A stretch of DNA of 64,000 nt from Octopus sinensis (GCF_006345805.1 NC_042997.1:105462001-105526000); one strand, 5' to 3'. Shown: positions 13,937 through 27,299, counted from the stretch's first letter. Notes: a model not told the origin generated them from the sequence alone. Translations and numbers: made by a program.

Positions 13937-15020
13937 ATCCGAGAGGATGAAAAGAAATGTCGACCTTACCGGCGTTTGAACTCAGAATGTAAAGAACGAG
14001 GAAATGCCGCTAAGAATTTGGTCCGACATGTTAATGATTCAGCCAGCTCGGCGCTTTAGGTACTTAATATTGGTTTCAAATTTTGGTACAAAGCAAGCAA
14101 GCTCAGTGGTGGGATAAGTCGATCGCATCGATCCCAGATCTCAACTGGTGCTTATTTTATCGACCCCGAAGTGATGAAAAGCAAAATCATAAAGCATTTT
14201 TTTTTTCGCCCGGCGCGCTAAAGATTCGACCTTCTCGCTGCCCTTAACTTGTATTAATATTAATAATTATACTGAAAACAGCGAGTTGACGGAATCGTTA
14301 GAACGCCGAGCAAAATGCTTAGCGGCATTTCATCTGTCTTTATGTTCCAAGTTCGAATTCGGCCGAGGTCGACTTTGCCTTTCGTCCTTTTGGAGTCGAC
14401 AAAATAAGCACCAGTTGAACCAGTGAGGTCGATGCAATCGACTAGCACCCTTTCTCTAAGTTGCTGGCCTTGTGCCAAAATTTGAAACCGATATTGGTTC
14501 CAACTTTTAGCATAAGGTCAGCAAATTCAGGTGAAGGGTCAAGTCGATTAAATCGACCTCAGTGTTCCCCTGGCACTCGATATTCGACCCCAAAATGATT
14601 AAATGCCAAGTCCACCGCGGTGAAAACGGACGAAATGCCGTTAAGTATTTTGTCTCGAGTGCTAACATTTCTACCTGCTCGCCACCTTAAATATGAAACA
14701 ACTATTGGTTTCAAATGTTGGCACAAGGCTAGGAATTTTGGGGTAGGGAGATAGTCGATTACATCAACCTCAGTATTTAACTGGTACTTAATTTATCGAA
14801 CCCTGAAGCGATGAAAGGCAAAGTCAACTTCGGTGGAATATGAAGATTTCAAACAAATATTAATAGTTATAGTAAGGTGGTGAGCTGGCATAATCGTTAC
14901 CGGCCCGGAGAGAATGCTTAGCGTCAATTCTGCTGAGCTCAAATTCCGCTGCAATCGACTTTGTCTTTCACCCTTTCGATGTCGATAAAATAAGTACCAG
15001 TTGATCACCGGGGCCAATGT
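13937..15020. mobile_element. Cluster of six SINE copies (family of 60395), orientations -,-,+,-,-,+
   Basis: Core 'gtcgactttgcctttc...gtcga.aaaataag.accag' or its complement at ~13937-14058(-), 14070-14245(-), 14285-14493(+), 14493-14690(-), 14703-14845(-), 14875-15020(+). Confidence 0.8.
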
Positions 15021-16182
15021 AATTAACTGATATATTGTATGTTATTATATTATATTATATTATATTATATTATATAAGAATAATTGTAGAGGATTTTAAT
15101 CTTAATCGTGAGTCGAAACTAGAACAATTGCAGCGTGGGAGACAAAAGCTGGTAGTTTAGAAACACACACAGATCGTTAACATCATTCAAAAATTCATGT
15201 TTGCAATATGATGTCAAAATTTCGGTCGCTCGAACCTCCAACAAGCTCACCAGAACGGACAATTATGGTTAGTGTATATATTTTCAATCATGTACGTTAA
15301 CTACAGCATTAGTGCATTATAGCAATTATTTCTAGCAAAGTAGGTGAGTTTTTAACACCCTAATCACATTTAGTGACAATTAAATATATATGTAAGCAGT
15401 ATTTGAGAAAGGATGGTAGAGATGTGACCAGCTTTAATACATATACACGCATTTCTCAGTCCTGATTAAGTACCTACTAACCATTGGATGAATCTTCATG
15501 TCGCCGAACGACCTACTAGTAATAAGAGCTAAATTTAAAATCTGTTTATGCGAAGATAGCGTAGGCTTATATACTCTATATAGTAAAATGTAAAGCCCAA
15601 TGGTGGCGTCTGCATAGGCTTTAGGGATTTATACACTCAAGCTTGGTGATAGTATGTGCACTTTCTATATATCAACGTTAAACATTTTTAAAAGTTTCCT
15701 TGATTTAAAATATTGTATGACGCATACAGCACTGCAGCCTGAGTAATGTTGCATTTCAACAGCAGATTGCTCATCAAATTCTTTAGCATCAAATTCTGCT
15801 TCATATGCATTTATTGCAATTAGAAATTTTTTGATGTAGCATTAAGTAACTGGGAGATTACAATTTGAAATCCTTCACGATTTAGAAATAACTTTACTGT
15901 ACTAAAATTACACGGCATTAATGTTTAATGAAATACGATTTACTGAAGTTGCACAATTAGAGCGAGTAAATGCTAATAAATTAGTTTTTTTATTTCACTT
16001 ATGTAGTAATGATCTTAGCTCCATTAACTTGCTTACGAGCCAATATACCTATGGATTATATTTCGATATAAATGTTGTCTCATGTAGTGTATATGCGTAT
16101 GTTAAACCATGTACGTATATATACAGACATGTATACGTGCATACAAACATACATATACACACACTCACACACGGATACACAC

Positions 16183-16219
<37 letters not shown>

Positions 16220-16430
16220 AATATATACTTGCGTGTGCGTGCACATATATGTGCATACATACATACATAAATATACGCTTATAGGTGAAATCTCTTGATG
16301 TATTACTTAATCATTTAGATGTTGCACGTAACTTTATTGTAACGTTAATGAATTATTGTAGCGAGACCATTCAATCCCATCGTCAGTCTTTATTATGCAT
16401 ACATATATATGTATTTATGCATGTATATAT

Positions 16431-17243
<813 letters not shown>

Positions 17244-17582
17244 ATATATATATATATATACCTACCTACATACGTAATTCAAAGAACAAACACTTAAAAA
17301 ACAGAGAAAAAAATGAACGAAACCGAAAGTGAGGACGTACACAAGCAATATATTAAATTGACGCTCGGTGAAAGGAGAGAGTTGTTAACGTTTCAAGCAT
17401 AGCTCTTTGCCGGAAAGAGGTACGTCAAAAGAGAAAGAAGGAAAATAAGGAAAATTCGCCGATAATACAAGTGCGGTTATATTTTTGAAGTGACCGGAAG
17501 TGGAAGGAGAAGAGAATGTAGTTTCTGGGACAGAAGAGCGTAAAGATGTTCAGTATGTGTGTATCTGTCTGTGTATTCATGT

Positions 17583-17664
<82 letters not shown>

Positions 17665-17665
<1 letters not shown>

Positions 17666-17825
17666 CAGGCTTCTGTCAGTATTTCTGCACCAAATACACT
17701 CAGAAGTGTTTTGTCGGCCCGAGGCTGTTGTAGACGACACTTACCCAAGGTGCCACGCTGTGGGACTGAGGAGGAAACCATGTGGTTTGGAAGCAAAATT
17801 CTAACCACATGCCCGCACTTGCACC
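17665..17825 (-). mobile_element. OR2-like SINE 5' half
   Basis: 'gtcggcccgaggct...cccaaggtgccacgctgtgggactga...aaccatgtggtttggaagc' is the complement of the family head. Confidence 0.75.
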
Positions 17826-18603
17826 TATATGTATATGTGTGTGTGTGTGAGTGTATGTCTGTCTATCTGTCTGTCTGTCGCTCTGTCTGTCTGTCGCTCT
17901 GTCTCTCCGTCTGTCTGTATATATGTATTTACGCCTTTGTATATGTCCTACACCGCTGCTTGACAACCAGCGTTGCTTTCAATACCTCACCGTATCATCG
18001 CCATTCGCCTAAAAGAGACTGATAGAATAATTATTGGATAGAGCTCTTCCACCTAAAACCTTTAAAGCGATACCACAGCTTAGTTATAGTATAACGACTG
18101 GAAGAATTAAAAGACGAAGGTTAAAAAGTAATACAAATAAAATCGATGATAAATTGGTCCAACAAGATAGATGTACGTCACTTTGAACAGCGCTTTCTTC
18201 GTCCCTCACATACAGAAATAAATATGCAAAATGACCAAAAGTTTGCCGAAGGTATTCTCCCATGTGCATTCTTACTAATGCATATACGCACGCACATACA
18301 AGGAAAACTGCAATTATACCTCAAGAGCTAACTCCCTTAGCAGGAGAATCACTTTGTTAATTCAATTAGGCATGTCTGACCACCTTCTTTACATTCTGCT
18401 CCTGCGCGAAAGGCAAAAGTCCAACGTGCAGCAACACACCATTCAGATCTGCCTCTTTCTTGATGAGGGGCATCCAGCTCAAAAATGTAAATGAATTTTG
18501 TTTACTTTTTCAACAACGCTACATTATTTGTTGTCTCCAATGCTTTCGTGTGTGCATATATATATATATACATACACACACACACACACACATACATACA
18601 TAC

Positions 18604-18657
<54 letters not shown>

Positions 18658-19131
18658 GTGTGTGTGTGTGTGTGGAGTACCGACAATTCAGCACATGACA
18701 TTGTGTTGGTGTTGGCTGAATATCTAAAACTCATGCACATGCAACCTACAAACACACCAGTCATAGAATAGATTGACTATACATAAGCAAAAATCATACA
18801 TATACGTAAAATAAACTGAAGCAAAAAAAAATACATAAACATATATACACACTCCCATAAGAAACGATAACTACACCTTTTGAATTTTCTGTGAAATTTA
18901 ACGAGCTAACTACTGGTTCAAAGAAAACAATTTAGCATTTTTACTTCTGTTTTAATCTTTTATCGTTACATGTTTTTTACCTCTTCCTTTTTTTTCATCC
19001 CTAGAATAACCTTTACCTAAGGTCAATAAGATGCCCTGCACTGCATTGTCTATGCACCGAATTGTCTGGCGTGAATTGTCACGTCTATATGTATGTATGC
19101 ATGTATGTATGTATGTATGTATGTATGTATG

Positions 19132-19272
<141 letters not shown>

Positions 19273-19281
19273 TATATATTT

Positions 19282-19455
19282 TTTTATAGAAGGAGCTTCT
19301 ACAGGACTAGAACTGTTTCATTCAGATGAAATCTTCAGGAAGCTTCCTGAAGTTCTAGTCCTGTAGAAGCTCCTTCTATAAAATAAATTACTTTACTCTG
19401 CTATGTATTGAGTAGCTTATTTACTGTGGTTAACCCCGACTCAACCCGGGACCTA
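19282..19455. mobile_element. Penelope-type inverted terminal (pLTR) fragment
   Basis: Perfect 33-bp inverted arms 19282-19314/19351-19383 around a 20-bp palindrome 19333-19352; carries the hammerhead; (TA)n on both sides. Confidence 0.65.
19294..19344 (-). ncRNA. Minimal type I hammerhead ribozyme
   Basis: Minus strand reads agcuuc-CUGAAGA-u(uuca uc ugaa)u-GAAA-cag uucuaguc cug-UA-gaagcu: 6-bp stem I, intact core, stem III cag/cug, GUA cleavage triplet. Confidence 0.8.
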
Positions 19456-19457
19456 CC

Positions 19458-19504
<47 letters not shown>

Positions 19505-19539
19505 GCATATATTCATATATGTATATGTATATATTTGTA

Positions 19540-19649
19540 GGCGCAGGCGTGGCCGAATGCTCAGTAGCTTGCCAGCCAACCACTTCCGCTGGGGAAGTGT
19601 CTTCAACTATAGCCTGAGCCCGGACCATGTGGTTGGCAAGCAAGTTACT
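19540..19649. mobile_element. Rearranged OR2-like SINE: + head (19540-19612) fused to an inverted segment (19613-19649)
   Basis: 'ggcgcaggcgtggcc...gtagcttgccagccaaccac...gaagtgtcttcaactatagc' followed by 'ctgagcccggaccatgtggttggcaagcaagttact'. Confidence 0.7.
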
Positions 19650-21537
19650 GCGTATTCACTTTTTGTGAATTCTAGTGGGCGTATCTCGCCAGAAAAATAA
19701 GAATAAGCCATTTGGATTACCTTTTTGGGGTATTATACAAAGGATTCCCTGTCTGTGCTATTTGTGAGGTGTTTCTTTTACTTTTATCTTCTATTTTTTC
19801 TTGCTTTCTAAATTTTGGTTCATTCTTTTCATTACTTTAATTTCAGTTTCCTCCCCTCCTCTTTTATTCTGTTTTATTTTTATTCGGTTTAATTTTTTGG
19901 CAGACTGTCTTTTGAACTACTTTTGAACTGTTTTTTGACATGGCAGAGAAGGAACTTAAAAAGAAAAACTCTGTCTTAGAGTGGGAAATTAACCCGCCTA
20001 AGCAATGGTTAAAAGATATGGCGGAGAAGACGATTGTACTTAGAACGTATTCTAAAGTTCTTAATTCCATCACCGTCTTCCCAAAACAAGTCATAAAAAT
20101 GAACTTAAAGAACATTTGTCCTCTGTAAAATATATATCCCGTGGTGTCAAACATGCAACCGTATGGTTGCTGTTTGACAACGGGGAAAAGGCTCACCAGT
20201 TTGCGAGTCAGCCTTTATAAGGCAAGGAAATTCTGTTTCTCCCGTCATATTGTGGAAGAAAATTAATACGAGCCTGGGTATGTGGGCTCCCCCCGAGCAC
20301 CGAAGCGGACTGAATTGAAGATACCATCCGACGAGGACTGGGGGATGGCGGGCCCAGGCTCTTAAATGTAAGAGTATTGCTGGCGGTCGATTGGGAAGGG
20401 TCAAAAGCGATTTTGACCCTGTGGACCCCATCGGCCGCAACAGAACTGGTTTTTCCAGACTTCTTGAAAATGGCTGGCTGCAGGTATCCGGTGATACTTG
20501 AGGGACGTCCCCCAAAGTGTCACTCGTGCCTGCAGCCAGGCCACATTAAAAGGAACTGCCCCCAGGACCATGGTGAGGTCCTGGAACAGTCACTAGATTC
20601 CACCTCTTCTACCCGGTCAAAGGGAGAGGTGGATGTGGTCGAGGAATCTTCAGCCTCCTCAACTCAAAAAGGATTAAAAAGGAAGAAGGCGGGCAACAAC
20701 AGTTGCCCGCCGAAGGAACCTAAGGCTTCGGAAGGCTGGGGAGAGTCTCCAGACAAAACGGAAGAGCTCCACTCTCCCGAAGCCAGGAAGAAAAGAAAAA
20801 AAGAAGGAAGAAGAACGGGTCATCTCAGCGGGGAGATGATGTGCCGACTGCATGTCCCGAAGTTGTGCCACCCACGGTGGAAGAAACCACCCCGCCCTTA
20901 AAAATGATCAATTAATTATCTTTTTCCACAAGGGCGGGGAGGTGGAAAAATAGTAGAAGAACATAAAGAAACAGTAGATATGCCCTTCACACGGGATCCC
21001 GAATGGCCTCCGCAGATACCTGTGGAGGTCATAAGGTTTCCCTTGTGGGAAAGGCTTAAAGGATTTGGGGAGGAGTGTCGCATATGGCCGGGTAGCCCTT
21101 ACACGACTTACATGTCCTACATGAGTGAGGCATGGGAAATGACGGTATACAGGAACTCAAGCGGCATTGAAGATAATGATGAATATATCGATGGATATAT
21201 CGAAGAGTAGGAGGTGAAAGACCCTCGTTATAGGGTTTGAAACCTCACCTTATTGGACTATTTTGTAGTGGTTTATAACCTCAATTGTGTGCTTTAAGAA
21301 AGAAAAAAAAAGAAAACATGTTAGGTAAGAGGTTTTAGTGCCTTCTCCTTGTAAAATGTTTTGAAACCTCATATTGATTTAAAAAAAAAAATAAGAAAAT
21401 GTTTTCGAGAAAAATCCAATCGGCGGGTGTTGGGTTTCGTCTCTCATTTATTCATTATATTTCATTTTCATTCATTAATGTATTTGTCCAGCCCGCAAAG
21501 CTCTTTGTACTGTCTATATGACAAATTTATGAAATAA
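19650..21537 (+). mobile_element. ORF1/gag-only non-LTR-type element (Tx1/L1-like ORF1, no pol)
   Basis: Pyrimidine-rich 5' leader, a disrupted ORF 19940-21210, and a ~330-bp A-rich 3' region ending GAAATAAA; no endonuclease or RT sequence seen. Confidence 0.7.
19940..21210 (+). pseudogene. Frameshifted gag-like ORF1 protein with a CCHC zinc knuckle
   Basis: ORFs 19940-20128, 20377-20901 and 20980-21210 join by frameshifts; 'VILEGRPPKCHSCLQPGHIKRNCP' is C-x2-C-x4-H-x4-C preceded by the EG.P motif typical of L1/Tx1 ORF1; basic linker; extra C-terminal segment. Confidence 0.8.
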
Positions 21538-21905
21538 AGTAGCTTGCTTACCAACCACATGGTTCCGGGTTCAGTCCCACTGCGTGGCATCTTGGGCAAG
21601 TGTCTTCTGCTATAGCCTCGGGCTGACCAATGCCTTGTGAGTGGATTTGGTAGACGGAAACTGAAAGAAGCCCGTCGTATATATGTATATATTATATGTG
21701 TGTGTGTTTGTGTTTGTCCCTCTAGCATTGCTTGACAACCGATGCTGGTGTGTTCACGTCCCCGTAACTTAGCGGTTCGGCAAAACAGACCGATAGAATA
21801 AGTACCAGACTTGCAAAGAATAAGCCCCGGGGCCGATTTGTTCGACTAAAGGCGGTCCTCCAGCATGGCCAGAGTCAAATGACTGAAACAAATAAAAGTA
21901 AAAGT
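21538..21905 (+). mobile_element. OR2-like SINE lacking its first ~23 nt (A box)
   Basis: Begins 'agtagcttgcttaccaaccacatggttccgggttcagtcccactgcgtggcatcttgggcaagtgtc', full body and tail 'aaatgactgaaacaaataaaagtaaaagt'. Confidence 0.9.
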
Positions 21906-21949
21906 AAAAAAAAATACATATATACACATATATGCATATAATAACAAAG

Positions 21950-22194
21950 GGTGAAATTAATTAATTAAGAAGTAATCAGTAATTTCACCAAGTAGAATTC
22001 GGCAAGTAAAAGACCAATTCAAGGTAAGTTTAAGTAATACTAAATAATTAGGGTTCAGCAACGATTTGCCTCACCACACACCGAATTTAGAAATAGCAGT
22101 CAAAAAGTCTTGGCTATTCCTTCTACTTTAAAGGGAGATCCCAGTAAAACCATTTGGTGAGGCAAATCGTTGCTGAACCCTAATTATTTAGTAT
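21950..22194. repeat. Repeat with a perfect 40-bp inverted duplication (probable PLE terminal)
   Basis: 22037-22076 and 22155-22194 are exact reverse complements; shares 'taatttcaccaagtag' and 'gaatt(t)agaaatag' with 35925-36242. Confidence 0.7.
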
Positions 22195-22307
22195 ATATGC
22201 ATATATATACATAGATACATATGTATATATATATTTATGTATAAATGTACAAATGCATATATGCATATTATAAATACAGATACACACTCGCATATATATA
22301 CATATAT

Positions 22308-22357
<50 letters not shown>

Positions 22358-22749
22358 AAAACACATGTATACAACTATATTTGGATATAAATATATGTAT
22401 ATCTGCGGATTATGTGTATGAAATTGTGTCTGCTCGTGTATCGTATTTTCAGAGATACATCTGTGTTTAAGTGCATTGGACTGGCTTCAGTTGTTTTTAA
22501 TTTAATCCTAAATAACATGTTTATGCTAATAGATAAATATATTACGACATATGTTTCATATGATATTTTGCTTTCATAAGTCTCTAAGTTGCAGATGTAG
22601 CGTGGGGATGGGAGGGACTTTTAAAAAAATGAGGATAACATATACATCATGATCTGACATTTATCGAAATATGACATCTATATGATCTTAATTTATTCAT
22701 CGCTTTAACCTAATCGTCCTTCTTTAAAGTTATAAATAAAAACAGACGT

Positions 22750-22856
<107 letters not shown>

Positions 22857-24280
22857 GTTACTCTGTGCGTTTGTGTGTTGTATGTGTGTGTGTAGACTTA
22901 GGGAACTATCATTCAATTGAGATAGCAAATCAGATTGCAATACTAATTAAGTATTTAAATCTGTTGTGTCCCAGTCAGATTAAGAGTGTTTTTTGAAAAT
23001 TTGCTTCTTTAATTGCACTAAAGTCGTGTCCGGTTTCCTTCTAAAAATCTCTTAAGTAAATCTATATTAATCAGAAACTAGATTAAAGATATTTATATCA
23101 TATCACTGTTGTAGTATTTCAGGAAAGCTTCTAAAGTGAGCCGAAATCCCTTTTGCCTGCAATGAGAATTTACTTACTAGATGCATATAACCGATGGCGA
23201 AAGGCAGGGAAAATTTTGGAATAGTATATAACTGAGAGAGAGAGCGAGTAAAAAAGGGAGGAGGGAGAATAAATACATAAATAGGGAAACGAAGGGAGCA
23301 GGATTTAATATGTTTACTTATGGTTGAGGGTATTAAAACATTAGTTGCTATTAACAAAGACGAAAAACTCACACCTGGCTGGTTACTTTGGATTTAACTT
23401 GGCTGACATGTCTGGCGCCAAATAATGACATAAAAACGAAATGTAATCAAATCTCTAAAGTTCAAAGAGTTAATTGCCCTCTACTTGATAATCGACTCAA
23501 ATATATATTTGACAGAATTCGATGTTATCATCAGATTTGCGATATTTTCTTTTTTCTTCCTGACTTCCTTTCATCGTTCTTGTTTTACATTCTTTACATA
23601 TATGTTTCTTCCTTTTTTTTTCTCTGGGTGAGTTTTATCTTTATATTATAATTATAATATTTTGATATTATAATTATTTTAATTCGTATTTTTTATATAT
23701 TCTTACTTTTGAGAATTTGAAACAACTTTCCTTACCTACTCTCTATTACTGTATAGCTACATATACGTACTTGAACAAACATGAACACAACACACACACA
23801 TGTATATATATATGTATACATACATACATACATACATATATACATACATACATACATACATACATACATACGTACATACATGCATAAATACATACATACA
23901 TACAATACATACATACATAAATACATACATACATATATACATACATACATACAGAGATAAGCAGTGTGAGAGTAAGAATAAAAACATACAGGAAAATATT
24001 GGAATGAAATATACGCTAATATATTTTTTTAAATCATCATTTTATATAAACATAGTATGTTCTGATCAGCCTCAAATGGATTTAATTTTAAGTCGTTTCG
24101 TGTTTGTCAGTCTCGTTTTTCTCACTCTTTCTCATTCCTTATCTGTGTGTATGCCTACACACATCCATGCATACATGCATGCGTACATATATGTGTGTTG
24201 CTGCTTGTATATGTTTGTGCATGAGTGCGTGTGTTCACGCGTGTGTGTGCGTGTGTGTGTGTTTGCGTGAGAGTGTGTGT

Positions 24281-24318
<38 letters not shown>

Positions 24319-24319
24319 C

Positions 24320-24660
24320 ACGAATGCAGTATATTGATATCGGTCCCCGGGCCAGCGATACCTTATGCTCTTCAGCTAACAAAACACTTCAGTTCAAGTA
24401 CTGCAGTCCACGCATAACCACTCCACATCTTTATCGAACCTCGTCTGGAAGCTCAAACCGAATGGAGTGGAGCATACGACACACTGGTCCATTTTTTAAA
24501 AAAATGTTGTACCATATAACGGAACATCGCGGGTATACAACCTATGCCTAGAAGAAACCCTGGAAATCATCACATCTAGGGAAAACACGATATATAGGCA
24601 CTCTGAGGTGATCATATCATGTAAACATATATACAAAACATCGTTTCTGGAATTTCAAAA
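24320..24660 (+). pseudogene. Penelope-like GIY-YIG C-terminal fragment
   Basis: 'STSLSNLVWKLK...WSIF*..VPYNGTSRVYNLCLEETLEII...RHSEVIISCKH' matches the PLE tail pattern ST.LS..VW.LK...W.I...CNLCLEEK..I...R.E....C.H. Confidence 0.75.
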
Positions 24661-24887
24661 TAATATTTTGAAACGAAATAATACATTAGAGATCAGGGAA
24701 AGAACCCAAACAATAAAAAAACATACAAACCAATATTTAGGATGCTTATACATTGTACCACCAGAAACAATAAAAAGGTCACCGTAAGCCAGTGTCATTT
24801 ATAGAGTCAGTCAATAAACTCCAACAGCTGTTGGCTGTAGTAGCAGTACCGGATGATCTGTTGACTTCAGAATTTATTGAATATATG

Positions 24888-25112
24888 TTTCTTTACTACC
24901 CACAAGGGGCTACACACAGAGGGGACAAACAAGGACAGACAAACGAATTAAGTCGATTACATCGACCCCAGTGCGTAACTGGTACTTAATTTATCGACCC
25001 CGAAAGGATGAAAGGCAAAGTCGACCCTGGCGGAATTTGAACTCAGAACGTAGCGGCAGACGAAATACGGCTACGCATTTCGCCCAGCGTGCTAACGTTT
25101 CTGCCATGCCTT
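24888..25112 (-). mobile_element. SINE (family of 60395), young-looking copy
   Basis: Near-identical complement of the first monomer plus linker of 60395-60620. Confidence 0.9.
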
Positions 25113-25599
25113 AAACGAAATCAAACGAAAGAATGTGCTACCCATCCTTAACATCAGCTGAATGAATAGCAAAAAAAGTCCAACACCTCCACACATACCA
25201 CCTTACCCATATGACTACCATTCTTTCCTCTCTTTCTATCACCTTCCTCTCCTTCCCACCAAATACACACGAAAATACTCTGATCACTCGCTTAACCTTC
25301 ATACTGGTAAACAGGGGTATACATCCTTCTGTTGTACAGCCATTTGCAGCTACATACTTTTTAGGGTCTTGTTTCTTTTATTTCAACAGGATCTCAGATT
25401 TAAGATTTCTGTAATTGTCATGCATGATTCTGAACTAGATTTAGATCTTTCTCTGAAAGTTGATCATGATTCATTAAGAAGTTCAACGTAAATATCACAC
25501 TCACACAAACACTTATATACGTGTATAACCTTCCTTAAGTATTGAGTATTATTTCCTTGTGTATATATCTTATTTCATATATTGATAATCGTATATTGA

Positions 25600-26130
25600 G
25601 TTGGGATTAAGTGACAGTGTTTTATGTGTTTACATTTGAGATCAGTTCATAAGCTTTTTGCATGTATATATACACTATAAGTAAATATTATGATTTAGAG
25701 TATCTTTGATGCTGTATTAATATATTGTTCGTATAATAATTGGGGCCTAACTCCTCATATCTATAGTTTCGGTCTAATGGAATCCAAACATCAATGATCT
25801 CCATTTGACTAAGTCTTCAATAACAACTCCAATTTGACATGTTTTTGCGCCTTATCACCTGAAAATAAGTTTCTCTCCTCATCACAAAATTTCCATTTTC
25901 ATTTACACTAATACTCCAGAACCAACAATGAATAATATATATTTGAAAATCCAATTTTACATCCATAGATAGTTTACCAGACATAAACGCCTCGTCTGTA
26001 ATCCACTCCCGAAAAAGAATTGCTGCATTTACTGTTTGACGCCATTGACAATCGTTGAAACATCAAAGTCACCACAAGCTATCATTTTGTTGGAAATATA
26101 TATATCATACCAACCATTATATTGAATGTA
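25600..26130 (-). pseudogene. Degraded Penelope-like endonuclease region
   Basis: Minus strand ends 'aaaaagcttatgaactgatctcaaatgtaaacacataaaaaca' (K..ELIS.CKH), the same terminal motif as 24320-24660; the rest is heavily decayed. Confidence 0.45.
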
Positions 26131-27299
26131 TGCAGTTTCATTAAATACGTTTTAATGATTAAATATATTGTTGCAAGCGCTACGTTTTTTCTGTCAGACC
26201 ACCGTCACATTCTATCCTCCGATCAAGATGCTTTTTAAATATTTTATATGGAGGAATATTTGGAGTGCACTAAATAAATTTAATCATTGAATTCACATTT
26301 ACAACAGAAAGGAAAATAAGCATTGGGTTTTATTTTTGGTTAAAGTTTAGTGTTTACCTCGTATTCTACGAAAAGGAAGAAAAAAAACAGGCATTTATAT
26401 TTCAATCTCCAATATAACAATGGACTGCGTGATGAAAGGGAAAAAAATAAAGACGAGGAGATTCCAAGAAGAGAAAAGTAATAATACAATCGACAGTTTT
26501 ATTGAAACTTAAAGGGAATAGACTAGTAAATTCTACTGTGAGCCTGTTCTGATTTATTGAATGGAGTTTTTCTTAGCAATTGAAAATAAACAATACAAAA
26601 ACAAAAATGTCAAACACAAACTACTTATTTTTCCTGTGGTTAAACTACTTTATTAAAATCTTTCGTCGAAAAAAATAGCGAATCTGCTGCATGTAATGTA
26701 AGCATTCATTTCCCACTGGAATATTTTTTGTTGCACAAAAATAGTAAATATTTTTACAAAGTTAGGAAAACATTCTTTAACGTAGTAAAAGGAATTCATT
26801 GAAGGTTATCATTTACCGCTTTGTTTATGCATGAAGTAATTTCGTTAAGAAATTGCACTGGACTCTTAAATCAATATATTTAATAACGATTTTACAATTA
26901 AAAAAATAATTTCGGTAATAATACTAAAATACACACATATTCAAATATATGAGTGCTTTTAAGTGGTTACTCGACTTGCTAGAAGTAGCAGAAAATTCTC
27001 CTTCTAATCGGACAGAAAGACGCATCATATTTCTAGAAAATGAGCTCGACTAGGAACGTTAATTGACAATTCTTTGAAATAAATGACAGCACTGTAGATT
27101 GGAAATACTGAATTTTCAGAACATGAAATAAAAATACTTTTAAAATAAAAGTTTTTCATCTAACCAATATAAAGCGATCATTTATTAAATGTTCAGTAAG
27201 AAAGACAACCTACATTTCAATAATTTACCCAACTATAAAGAAACTTTATCTACAGATAAATTTAATCAACTTATCTTTCAAAGACTCTTTATATTTAAC

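Noticed and set aside
15225-15260. Hammerhead-like CTGGTGA...GACC-GAAA on the minus strand
   Set aside because: The core is mutated and stem II/III pairing is not convincing.
24850-24880. Hammerhead-like CGGATGA-tctg/caga downstream of the 24.3-kb PLE
   Set aside because: Both conserved boxes are altered (no CUGA, no GAAA); it cannot be distinguished from chance.
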